From: Candidatus Omnitrophota bacterium
GTDB taxonomy: Bacteria; Omnitrophota; Gorgyraeia; DAOVKU01
Direction: 5' to 3'
DNA length: 37,195 bases
Assembly: GCA_030631665.1 (NCBI GenBank)
Contig: DAOVKU010000002.1
Coordinates: forward strand, 1 to 37,195
The notes under the pieces are model-generated. The model had not been told where the DNA came from and made no database searches. It was given only the letters and a program-made list of their open reading frames with translations. Of this stretch, positions 16,554 to 25,483 are shown piece after piece. The translations under genes and the position numbers were made by a program. Each line of letters begins with the position of its first letter. The stretch's first letter is position 1.

Positions 16554-18830
16554 ATGTCTAAACAGGATTGGCTAATTAAAGAGAAAAAGTATTTGCCCAA
16601 GAAGGAGTTATACTGGGAAACTATATTTGCTCTTTCCAATGGGTATATGGGATCCAGGGGAACCCTTGAAGAAAACCATTTTTGCCCGGAAGTAAAGTCT
16701 TGCTTTGGCACTTATGTGGCAGGGATTTTCGATAAATATAATAAAGAGTATCAAGCCATTGTCAATCAGCCGGATTTTTTCAACACCGCAGTTTACGTCA
16801 ACAGCGAACTGGTGAATATGAACAAGGGCCGCCTGGAGAATTATATTCGCTATCTGGACATGTATAACGGAGTTCTCGTTCGTAAGTTTGTCTGGATGAG
16901 TCCTAGGAAGGAAAAAACTGAATTTGAGATTACACGCTTTATCAGTAAATTCGACGAGCATCTCGCCGTTTTACATTATAAGATTAAACCTCTGAACTAT
17001 AATGGGGAAATCCGAATTAATAATCTCCTGGACGGGAATGTCACGAATATCGATTTTCATGTCAGCGGCTATCAGATTAGAGACGAAAAATACTTTTTTT
17101 TAGATGACAGGCATGACGTCGGCGGATTAGCGGATGGCGGTTATTTAATCGTCAATACAAAAACGACACGGTTGTCGGTTTGCGAAGCATTCAAGTGCGA
17201 AGTCCGGGAAAACGAAAAGAAGATTTCCGCAAAAATAAACAGTAAGACCCGCATGCTTATTCTTGATAACAATGTTCAATTTAAAGTTAAGAAAGGCAAT
17301 CACTATTCTTTTCTGAAATTAATTACTGTTTATTCATCCAAAGATGGCACCTCAAACTTAAAGAAATCCTGTATCAATAAATTAAAAGAAGCTTCTTTGA
17401 AAAACTACGACCGGCTTTTAACGGAACACACCGGGAGATGGAATGATATCTGGGATGTGAGCAATGTCAGGATCGAAGGTGATAAAAGAGACCAGAGAAA
17501 CGTCAGGTTCAACATCTATCACCTGATTCAGATGGGCAACAAGAACAATCCTTATGTCAATATCGGATCCCGCGGTTTAACTAGCGAAATGCATTATGGC
17601 AATTCTTTCTGGGACACGGAACTTTTCATCATGCCTTTCTTTATTTTTACGGATCCTGATACGGCCAGGGCATTGGTTAGGTATCGTTACCTGACACTGC
17701 CTGCGGCGAGAAAGAAAGCCAGGAGATTATTGTTCAAAGGCGCCATGTATCCTTGGATGAGCTCCTATCCTGGCCACGAGCAAGCCGATTACTGGGAATA
17801 TGCCAATATTGCCGTCCACATTGTTTCCGACGTAATTTTTGGCTTGATGAATTATTATTACGCGACCAACGATACACAATTCATGCTCAATTGTGGCTTG
17901 GAAATGCTCATTGAGACCGCCCGTTTTTGGGCAAGCCGGGTGGATTACAGTCAAATCAGAAAATGTTACGTCATAAATGTAGTAAAAGGTCCCAACGAAT
18001 ATGCGATAGTCAATAATAACACATACACCAACTGGAACGCGCGTTGGAACCTTATTCAGGCAAAAAAGATGATCAAATGGGCAAAGAAAAATCATCCCCA
18101 CAAACTCAGGAAAATTTCACGGGAGATTAAGTTTGATTTCAAAGAGATGAATGAATGGACGAGGATTATCAAGAACATGGACATCAATTATGACAAGAAA
18201 AGGGACTTGTACATTGAGGACGACCAGTTCCTGGAAAAGAGGCCGGTGGATGTCAAGAAAATGAAGCCGGGAAAAGTCATTACGACGGAATTAGGCTATA
18301 CTTGGGATACCTTCCTAAGACACAGAATTGTTAAACAGGCCGATGTTTTGCTTATGATGTATTTGCACAGGGAGAAGTTTACGAAAAAGCAGCTTTTAAA
18401 TGCGTGGAAGCTCTATGAACCAATAACCCTCCACGATTCTTCCTTGAGCTATAATACCCATTCTATCATCGCCAGCGAGTTGGGGGATAAGAAGAAAAGC
18501 GATTTCTACTTTCAGCAAACAGCGCGGCTGGACTTAGAAGACGTGATGGCAAATGTATTCTTGGGTATACATCCAGCCAACGCGGGAGGTGCCTGGCAGT
18601 GTGTGGTTAATGGCTTTTGTGGGATGAGAATGGATGTGGAGCATAGGAAAATTGAGTTTAATCCGAACTTGCCCCAGCGATGGAAGAAAGTCGATTTTAA
18701 GATTTTTTACATGGGCAACTTGTTTAGAATCAGCGCCAAAAAAAAGAAAGTGCAGATTACACATGAGAAGGCATATGAGAATTCTTCTTCCGTTTATATC
18801 AAAGGCAATAAAATTATGGCGGCAGACTGA
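16554..18830 (+). CDS. GH65 family alpha-glucoside phosphorylase (kojibiose/nigerose/maltose/trehalose-phosphorylase family)
   Basis: About 758 aa from ATG 16554; the ORF track's TTG at 16533 is an alternative start. GH65 N-terminal block ETIFALSNGYMGSRG. The catalytic-acid block GPNEYAIVNNNTYTNW matches the GPDEY...NN.YTN consensus, with the Glu codon at 17997..17999. No signal peptide. Confidence 0.85.
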   Translation: MSKQDWLIKEKKYLPKKELYWETIFALSNGYMGSRGTLEENHFCPEVKSCFGTYVAGIFDKYNKEYQAIVNQPDFFNTAVYVNSELVNMNKGRLENYIRYLDMYNGVLVRKFVWMSPRKEKTEFEITRFISKFDEHLAVLHYKIKPLNYNGEIRINNLLDGNVTNIDFHVSGYQIRDEKYFFLDDRHDVGGLADGGYLIVNTKTTRLSVCEAFKCEVRENEKKISAKINSKTRMLILDNNVQFKVKKGNHYSFLKLITVYSSKDGTSNLKKSCINKLKEASLKNYDRLLTEHTGRWNDIWDVSNVRIEGDKRDQRNVRFNIYHLIQMGNKNNPYVNIGSRGLTSEMHYGNSFWDTELFIMPFFIFTDPDTARALVRYRYLTLPAARKKARRLLFKGAMYPWMSSYPGHEQADYWEYANIAVHIVSDVIFGLMNYYYATNDTQFMLNCGLEMLIETARFWASRVDYSQIRKCYVINVVKGPNEYAIVNNNTYTNWNARWNLIQAKKMIKWAKKNHPHKLRKISREIKFDFKEMNEWTRIIKNMDINYDKKRDLYIEDDQFLEKRPVDVKKMKPGKVITTELGYTWDTFLRHRIVKQADVLLMMYLHREKFTKKQLLNAWKLYEPITLHDSSLSYNTHSIIASELGDKKKSDFYFQQTARLDLEDVMANVFLGIHPANAGGAWQCVVNGFCGMRMDVEHRKIEFNPNLPQRWKKVDFKIFYMGNLFRISAKKKKVQITHEKAYENSSSVYIKGNKIMAAD

Positions 18831-18839
18831 TACTTGCCA

Positions 18840-18868
18840 TTGACGAAAATCTAATTTCTTGATAAAAT
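18840..18868 (+). promoter_or_regulatory. Sigma70-like promoter for the ABC transporter operon
   Basis: TTGACG (18840..18845), 17 nt, TAAAAT (18863..18868), 35 nt upstream of the TTG start. RBS AAGGA at 18891..18895. Confidence 0.45.
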
Positions 18869-18902
18869 TAAATTACCACAAAATTAATTTAAGGAAAAGA
18901 GA

Positions 18903-20309
18903 TTGAAAATTAATTTAAAGTTGAAAACAGTAATTTTATTATTTCTTGTCATTTCTATTTGTCATTTTTTAGGTTGTGCCCGGGATAAGGATTTTTCCGA
19001 TGTCGTTAAAGTGACCTATTGGGAAAAATGGACTGGCTTTGAAGGCGATGCCATGCAAGCCGTGGTCGACCTCTTTAATTCTAAAAAAATTACAAACAAA
19101 AATGGCAAAATTATTCAAGTTGACATGCTGGTAACCAGCATGCTTGACAGGCGACTTCTGACAGCCACTGCAGGCGGAAATCCACCGGACGTATCAGGTG
19201 CGTGGACCTGGTTGGTTACTGTTTATGCAGATAAAGGAGCCCTGCTTAGTTTAGATGGCTATTTAAAAGAAGCTGGAATAACTAAAGATAACTATCTGCC
19301 GGTTTTCTGGGAGATATGTAAGTATAAAGGCAAAATGTGGTGCCTGCCTTCCACTCCGGCTTCTGTAGCACTTCACTGGAATAAACGCCTTTTTAGAGAA
19401 GCCGGACTTGACCCCAATGTCCCTCCCAAAACTATACAGGAACTGGACTTAATGGCAGAAAAATTGACCAAGATAAAATTGCCAGGTGAGAAAAAAACAA
19501 TTTCTTTATATGAATTAAAGAAGAGAGAGAACTACCAAGAGCTGCTTAACACAGGCAAGATTGTCCAGATGGGATTTTTGCCTTCTGAGCCGGGTTGGTG
19601 GCCGTGGTTTTGGGGTTATTGGTTTGGAGGCGAGCTCTGGAACAAAAAAGATACAATAACCGCGGGTGATCCGGGAAATATCGAGGCTTATGAATGGGTG
19701 AAGTCTTATTCTCTAAAATACGGGGTAGATAACATAAAGAAATTCTCAAGCAGCTTCGGGCAATTTTCTTCTCCGCAGAACGCTTTTCTTTCATCCAAGG
19801 TGGCTATGGTAGTGCAGGGGGTCTGGATGTATAATTTTATAAATAAATATGCCACAGGCATGAGCTGGGCAGCAGCGCCATTTCCTTCCAATGAAGGGAA
19901 ATTAAAAGATGTTTCGTATATTGAGGCTGATATCCTGATAATACCCAAAGGTGCCAAGCATCCGGATGAGGCCTTTAAATTTATAGCTTTTGTGAATAGC
20001 CAGGAAGGCATGGAGCTTTTATGTAACGGCCAGAGAAAATTTACGCCGCTTAGCAAAGTGAGCGAAGGTTTTTATAAAAACCATAAAAATCCTCATATAC
20101 GCATGTTTAGAAAATTAGCCGAAAGCCCCAATGCTTTTATAACACCCAAAACGGTAATTTGGCAGGAATATCAGCGCGAGATGAATTTTGCCTATGAGAC
20201 CATAAGAGATTTAAAAAGTTTTCCGCAGGAGGCCTTAGAGCAAGTAACCACATCCATGCAAAGAAGACTGAATAGGGAAGAGGAGATGTCAAGGAGGCTT
20301 GAGAAATAA
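18903..20309 (+). CDS. Sugar ABC transporter substrate-binding lipoprotein (CUT1 / SBP family 1)
   Basis: 468 aa. Signal peptide with lipobox FLGC|ARD. Its length and position directly upstream of two MalF/MalG-type permeases fit an SBP_bac_1-type protein. Confidence 0.85.
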   Translation: MKINLKLKTVILLFLVISICHFLGCARDKDFSDVVKVTYWEKWTGFEGDAMQAVVDLFNSKKITNKNGKIIQVDMLVTSMLDRRLLTATAGGNPPDVSGAWTWLVTVYADKGALLSLDGYLKEAGITKDNYLPVFWEICKYKGKMWCLPSTPASVALHWNKRLFREAGLDPNVPPKTIQELDLMAEKLTKIKLPGEKKTISLYELKKRENYQELLNTGKIVQMGFLPSEPGWWPWFWGYWFGGELWNKKDTITAGDPGNIEAYEWVKSYSLKYGVDNIKKFSSSFGQFSSPQNAFLSSKVAMVVQGVWMYNFINKYATGMSWAAAPFPSNEGKLKDVSYIEADILIIPKGAKHPDEAFKFIAFVNSQEGMELLCNGQRKFTPLSKVSEGFYKNHKNPHIRMFRKLAESPNAFITPKTVIWQEYQREMNFAYETIRDLKSFPQEALEQVTTSMQRRLNREEEMSRRLEK

Positions 20310-21194
20310 GTGACAAAAGAAGAAAGAAGAAATTTAATTAAAGGAATTTTATTTACTTCGCCGTGGTTAATAGGATTTTCTGTTTTTGTACTCTATCCTG
20401 TTATTATGTCAATATATTACAGCTTCTGTTATTATTCGGTTCTTCAGTCGCCTCGTTTTGTAGGACTTTTAAATTATAAAGATTTGTTTACTGATTATAT
20501 CTTTTGGAAATCCCTCTGGAATACTTTTTATTATGTGGCCTTTATGATACCCCTGGGACTCATAACTTCTTTAGGCTTAGCTATGCTGTTAAATACAAAG
20601 GCAAGGGGCATGGCTCTTTACAGGTTAATTTTCTTTATTCCTTCTCTGGTCCCGATGGTAGCCGGCTCTATATTATGGATGTGGATTTTTAACGGTGAAT
20701 ACGGATTGCTTAATAATCTTCTTATTAAAATTGGCATAACAAATCCACCAAACTGGCTAATGGATATCAGGTTTGCCAAATCGGCTATTGTTATTATGAG
20801 TCTGTGGGGGCTGGGCCAGATGATTGTTATTTATCTGGCCGGCTTACAGGATGTGCCGGTGAGTCTTGTTGAGTCCGCAGACCTTGATGGAGCAAATTGG
20901 TTCGGTAGATTAAGGCATATCACCATACCTATGATTTCTCCTGTAATTTATTTTAATGTGGTTATAGCTGTTATAGGCAGCTTTCAGGTTTTCGCCCAAC
21001 CTTATATTATGACCGGCGGAGGCCCGCAGCGCTCAACCACTTTTTACAGTCTTTATCTTTTTCAGACAGCCTTTGAGGATTTTCGAATGGGTTATGCCAG
21101 CGCCATGGCCTGGATATTATTCGTTATAATTTTAGTTTTAACCTTATTTATTACGCGTGCTTCCAGAGAAAAAGTTTATTATCGCGGGGGCTAG
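20310..21194 (+). CDS. Sugar ABC transporter permease (MalF/UgpA-like)
   Basis: 294 aa with 6 hydrophobic segments. Typical N-terminus LFTSPWLIGFSVFVLYP and an EAA-loop-like ESADLDGANWFGRLRHITIPM. GTG start directly after the upstream stop. Confidence 0.9.
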   Translation: MTKEERRNLIKGILFTSPWLIGFSVFVLYPVIMSIYYSFCYYSVLQSPRFVGLLNYKDLFTDYIFWKSLWNTFYYVAFMIPLGLITSLGLAMLLNTKARGMALYRLIFFIPSLVPMVAGSILWMWIFNGEYGLLNNLLIKIGITNPPNWLMDIRFAKSAIVIMSLWGLGQMIVIYLAGLQDVPVSLVESADLDGANWFGRLRHITIPMISPVIYFNVVIAVIGSFQVFAQPYIMTGGGPQRSTTFYSLYLFQTAFEDFRMGYASAMAWILFVIILVLTLFITRASREKVYYRGG

Positions 21195-21200
21195 AATTTT

Positions 21201-22352
21201 ATGCCGGAAAAAAAATATGTAAAATTTTACATTCAGCTGGCCTTAATTGGTTGTTCACTGGTTTTTGCTATACCTTTTATCTGGGTTGTGGTTACTTCTC
21301 TGAAACCGGTTGAACAAACTATGACCATTCCTCCTAACTGGATTCCAAAGACTTATTATGTTCAGGTAGAAGGTAAAAAGCTTGAAGTAAAAAAAGGGAT
21401 TGTTACACGGGAACCCGGCGCTATAGTAGTCGTGAAAGACGGACCCAGAAAAGGAGAGCGTCTTTTTATACTTGATTCGCAGTTAAAAGAAGGTAAGGCT
21501 TTTCTTCAGGTTCAAATTGCCGATAATGTTTTCGAAGATTATTATACAATAGAAACAGAGAAAGTGGTTCCTGCCGGCTGGGTACAGGTTATCGAAAAAA
21601 CGCCTGAACAATATGCAAAACAAGCCCTCTACTGGACATTTGTTGCTCCTGGGGAAATTCAGGAAAAGGTAAAGTTGTGGTGGAGTAATTATCCACAGGT
21701 ATTTGCTAAAATTCCGTTTTTCACTTATGCCAAAAATACTTTGATAATTTGTATCTTGGGTGTCATCGGCACCACTTTTACCAGCGCCCTGGTTGCCTAT
21801 GGATTTTCACGCATTCAATGGCCTGGCCGGGATTTTATATTCATGCTTACTCTGGCAACTATGATGATACCCTTTATGGTTACTATGGTTCCTCTTTACG
21901 GGGTTTTTAGAAAATTGGGTTGGATTGGTACCTTGCAGCCCCTGTGGGTGCCATATATGTTTGGAGGTGCCTTTAATATATTTTTGCTGAAGCAATTTTT
22001 TATGAGCATTCCCAAAGATTTAACCGATGCTGCCAGAGTTGACGGGTGCAGTGAGCTTGGTATTTTTTTCAGGATGATATTGCCTCTTTCAAAACCGGTG
22101 CTCACCGTAGTAGCGCTTTTTCATTTTTTATTTGCCTGGAATGATTTTATGGGACCTTTAATTTATTTAACTAATAAAGAAACTTATACTCTTTCTTTAG
22201 GATTGCAGGTTTTTCAAAGCCAGCACGGCGGAACCGAATGGCATCTTTTGATGGCGGCTTCGGCCATGGTTATCATGCCAATTCTAATTATGTTCTTCTT
22301 TGCCCAGAAGACTTTTATCCAGGGCGTAACCCTGACAGGACTAAAGGAATAA
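21201..22352 (+). CDS. Sugar ABC transporter permease (MalG/UgpE-like) with a ~110-aa periplasmic insertion
   Basis: 383 aa with EAA loop DAARVDGCSELGIFFRMILPLSKP. About 110 extra residues (aa ~50-159) lie between TM1 and the conserved W-SNY...FF.Y.KNT block. Confidence 0.9.
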   Translation: MPEKKYVKFYIQLALIGCSLVFAIPFIWVVVTSLKPVEQTMTIPPNWIPKTYYVQVEGKKLEVKKGIVTREPGAIVVVKDGPRKGERLFILDSQLKEGKAFLQVQIADNVFEDYYTIETEKVVPAGWVQVIEKTPEQYAKQALYWTFVAPGEIQEKVKLWWSNYPQVFAKIPFFTYAKNTLIICILGVIGTTFTSALVAYGFSRIQWPGRDFIFMLTLATMMIPFMVTMVPLYGVFRKLGWIGTLQPLWVPYMFGGAFNIFLLKQFFMSIPKDLTDAARVDGCSELGIFFRMILPLSKPVLTVVALFHFLFAWNDFMGPLIYLTNKETYTLSLGLQVFQSQHGGTEWHLLMAASAMVIMPILIMFFFAQKTFIQGVTLTGLKE

Positions 22353-22355
22353 AAA

Positions 22356-24449
22356 GTGAATAACACCCATTTTATAGAGAATTCTTATCTTAAGTTAGGC
22401 ATTGATAATTATGGCTCAATCACCTGCCTTTATAACAAAAAAACAGGCACCCAGTTTATAAAAAAAGATTCTGGCTCTGGCTGGAAATTGATTGTTTCCT
22501 TAAGGGGCTGGACTGAATATCCTGTCTTTGATTATATGAATCCCGGCGAGATAAGAAAGAATAAAAATAAAATTAGTGTTTCTTTCAAACACCTCACCGG
22601 CTTAGAAGGGGATTTTTTAAGTATATCCATGGATTTATATTTTAGGTTAAGGGGAGAAGATGTAATTTTAGAGGCCGGAATAAAAAATAATTCTCCAGAA
22701 GTTGTTCGGGAGGTATGGTTCCCTTTAATTTCCGGATTAACTAAAATATCTTCTTCAGAAAAAGATTCTTTTATTACCATTCCCCTGTGGATTGGTTCCA
22801 AATTTAGGAACCCAGTCAAGACCCTTCCTGAAAATTGGGTGCCCAAAGAGGGTAGTTTTTCCTGGAAGTTTCCGCTTTTGTATCCGGGCATTGCTTCCAT
22901 GAGCTGGATTGATTTCTATAATGAAAAAGAAGGGCTTTATTTTGCTTCTTACGATAAAACTTTCCAGACTACCGGCCTTGGTGCGCGCAGAAGAAAAGAG
23001 AAAGGTGATTTTCAGCTGGGTATAATAAAATATCCTTTTATTGAGCCTGGAGAGACATGGAAGTCAAAAGAATATATAATTTCAGCCCATAGAGGCGATT
23101 GGCACGCCGGTGCTAAAAAATACAGAAGATTTACAGATACCTGGATGGAGAAGATTAAAAGGCCCGACTGGATAAAACAGGCGCCCGGCCTATGTGATTT
23201 ATTTATGAAGCACCAGAATAAAAGGATTTATTTTAATTATGATAGATTGCCTTTAATTCAAAAGGAAAACTTAAAGAAAGGCCTGAATCTGCCTCTGTAT
23301 ATTTTTTCCTGGTATGGCAACGGGCATGACTCCGGCTATCCTGAATATGCGGCAGATAAGGATATGGGAGGAGAGGGGAAATTAAAAGAGGCCATAAGGG
23401 ATGTCAAAGAAAAAAAAGGCAAAGCGATACTTTATACTCAGGGACGTTTAATAGATTTTGCTACAAATTATTACAAGAACAAAGGTCATAAAGTTTGCAT
23501 TAAGAATGAAGACGGCATTTTTTATATTGATGAATACTCCTGGCCCATACAGGGCAGCATTTCGCCGCATAAGGTTTTTGCTATCGCCTGCCCCTCTACT
23601 AAAGAGTGGTCAAGACAGTTGAATAAACAGGTAGACTTGGTTATGTCTCTGGGGGCAGATGGTCTTCTTTTTGACCAGATAGGAGGGGATCATCCTTATC
23701 TTTGTTTTGACAAAACCCACCCCCACAAGAAACCGGCTATGGCCTTCGCCGGCAAAATCAAATTACTTAAAAACTTGCGTAAAAGAACCAAGAGAAAAAA
23801 TAAAAATTTCGCTATTATGGTAGAACTTGTCTGTGATTGTTTCCTGCAGTATGTTGATATGGTTCATGCCCACTGTGAAAATTTTAGGCCGGAAGGCAAT
23901 TTACTTCCCATGCCGGAACTTTACCGTTATACCTTTCCGGAACATATTCTCTCAAGCAGAGATGCTTATGAAGAAGAGGCCATTAATCAATCTTTTGTTT
24001 TGGGCTTGCGCCAGGAATACTGGCGCATGTTTGAGGCCTTTGAACACGTGGATGCCCGTTTTGAGAACGACCCCGAGCAGCTGCGGGTAAAAAATTATGT
24101 GACTAAAATGCTCAAAAGCAAGGCGCATCTAGAAAAAATATTTAAGTTAAAAAAGAAATGCCCTGAGCTTCTTATAGAAGGTATTTTTAAAGATGAAGAG
24201 GGCATAAGAGTTTCAGATAAAAAAGTAGAAGCAAAATTGTTTACTTCTAAACACGAAGAACATAAAGCAGTTGTTCTCTGGAATAAGGCGCTCATGAGAA
24301 AAAATATTAAGTTAGAAGTTAGCAGGAAAGACCATAGATATAAAGTATTGTATCCGGATAAAGAGATAAATAGAAAGACTATAAATCTAAAGCAATCTCT
24401 GAGTTTAAGCTTAGGCGCCGGAGAAATTTGTGCTGTGATAATAAGATGA
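22356..24449 (+). CDS. Cytoplasmic uncharacterised putative glycoside hydrolase/phosphorylase (TIM-barrel-like; possibly the family annotated DUF6259)
   Basis: 697 aa, no signal peptide, GTG start 8 nt after AAGGA. Colinear with the core regions of both giant proteins: YPEYAADKDMGGEGKLKEAIRDVKEKKG, IACPSTKEW, ADGLLFDQIGG, FAIMVELVCD. Confidence 0.8.
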   Translation: MNNTHFIENSYLKLGIDNYGSITCLYNKKTGTQFIKKDSGSGWKLIVSLRGWTEYPVFDYMNPGEIRKNKNKISVSFKHLTGLEGDFLSISMDLYFRLRGEDVILEAGIKNNSPEVVREVWFPLISGLTKISSSEKDSFITIPLWIGSKFRNPVKTLPENWVPKEGSFSWKFPLLYPGIASMSWIDFYNEKEGLYFASYDKTFQTTGLGARRRKEKGDFQLGIIKYPFIEPGETWKSKEYIISAHRGDWHAGAKKYRRFTDTWMEKIKRPDWIKQAPGLCDLFMKHQNKRIYFNYDRLPLIQKENLKKGLNLPLYIFSWYGNGHDSGYPEYAADKDMGGEGKLKEAIRDVKEKKGKAILYTQGRLIDFATNYYKNKGHKVCIKNEDGIFYIDEYSWPIQGSISPHKVFAIACPSTKEWSRQLNKQVDLVMSLGADGLLFDQIGGDHPYLCFDKTHPHKKPAMAFAGKIKLLKNLRKRTKRKNKNFAIMVELVCDCFLQYVDMVHAHCENFRPEGNLLPMPELYRYTFPEHILSSRDAYEEEAINQSFVLGLRQEYWRMFEAFEHVDARFENDPEQLRVKNYVTKMLKSKAHLEKIFKLKKKCPELLIEGIFKDEEGIRVSDKKVEAKLFTSKHEEHKAVVLWNKALMRKNIKLEVSRKDHRYKVLYPDKEINRKTINLKQSLSLSLGAGEICAVIIR

Positions 24450-25483
24450 AAAAGAAGATAAAAAAATTGACCCTCGGAGAACTTGCCAGGAAAGCTGGTT
24501 TTTCAACCGGCACGGTTTCCATGGCCTTGCGCAATGATCCTCTAATTAAAGAAAAAACCAGAAAATACGTGCAGGAGTTAGCGCGCAAGTTAAATTATAT
24601 TCCCAGCGCGCTGGGAAGGGCCCTGGCTACCAGAAGTACGCAGCAGATCGGCCTTACCATAACCGACATTACCAATCCGTTTTTCGCTGCAGTGGTTATG
24701 GGCGCGGAAACAGCGGCTGAAGCCAAAAAATATAATATCATTCTTTCTAATACTACCTACAATGCAGAAAAAGAAAAACAGTCCATAGAAATTTTTATGC
24801 AGGGGATAGTGGACGGGATAATAATTGACCCGGTAGAAAATAATAAAGATTTTTCATTATACAGGCAATTAGAGAAATTTGATATCCCGTTTGTTTTATT
24901 AAGAAAATTAACAGGTTTAAAAGATATTAATTTCGTTATGGATGATGACAGGAAAGCAGCTCGTATGTTGACCGGGCACTTGATAGATGAAGGGGCAAAG
25001 AAAATAGCTTATGTTGGCAGCACCAGATGCGGCGTAACAGATCACGATAGACTCTTGGGATATAAGGAAGAACTTAAAACTCACAATGCCCTTTTTAAAG
25101 AAGATTTTGTGTTTGAGCAGGCAAGCTTTGGTTTAAAAGACGGCATAGAGTGCGGAAGAAAAATTCTTGGCAGTCAGGAAAATTTTGATGCGGTTATAGC
25201 TTTTAATGATTTACTTGCTATCGGTATCATGGAAGCGGCCCGTGAAATGAATTTAAAGATTGGCAAAGATATTAAAATTGTGGGTTTTGATAATATCTTT
25301 TATGCTTCTTTAAAAGAGATTAATTTGACTACAGTAGAACTTGCAAAGTTTGAGTTAGGCAGGAAAGCAGCCGAAGTTCTTTTTGAATTAATGGAAGCTA
25401 AAAAAGAAAATAAAAAAACTAAATTAAAACAGATTCTTTTAGAACCGGAACTTATTGTAAGAAGGAGTAGTACCGGCAGATGA
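24446..25483 (+). CDS. LacI/GalR-family transcriptional regulator
   Basis: About 345 aa from ATG 24446 (ATGA overlap with the upstream stop); the ORF track's TTG at 24428 is unlikely. HTH LTLGELARKAGFSTGTVSMALRN, followed by a periplasmic-binding-protein-like sugar-binding core. Confidence 0.9.
   Translation: MKKKIKKLTLGELARKAGFSTGTVSMALRNDPLIKEKTRKYVQELARKLNYIPSALGRALATRSTQQIGLTITDITNPFFAAVVMGAETAAEAKKYNIILSNTTYNAEKEKQSIEIFMQGIVDGIIIDPVENNKDFSLYRQLEKFDIPFVLLRKLTGLKDINFVMDDDRKAARMLTGHLIDEGAKKIAYVGSTRCGVTDHDRLLGYKEELKTHNALFKEDFVFEQASFGLKDGIECGRKILGSQENFDAVIAFNDLLAIGIMEAAREMNLKIGKDIKIVGFDNIFYASLKEINLTTVELAKFELGRKAAEVLFELMEAKKENKKTKLKQILLEPELIVRRSSTGR

Noticed and set aside
18863-18892. The AT-rich inverted repeat AAAATTAA...TTAATTTA between the transporter promoter and its RBS as an operator.
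   Set aside because: It is low-complexity A/T sequence with imperfect arms and is unrelated to the TTGAAG-NN-CTTCAA motif. Chance occurrence is likely.
24428-24445. TTG 24428 as the LacI start, and likewise ATG 28514 and TTG 16533 as alternative starts for their genes.
   Set aside because: ATG 24446 gives the classic ATGA stop/start overlap and a normal distance to the HTH. For 28514 vs 28541 and 16533 vs 16554 the downstream ATG fits signal-peptide or family N-termini better. Those two remain uncertain.
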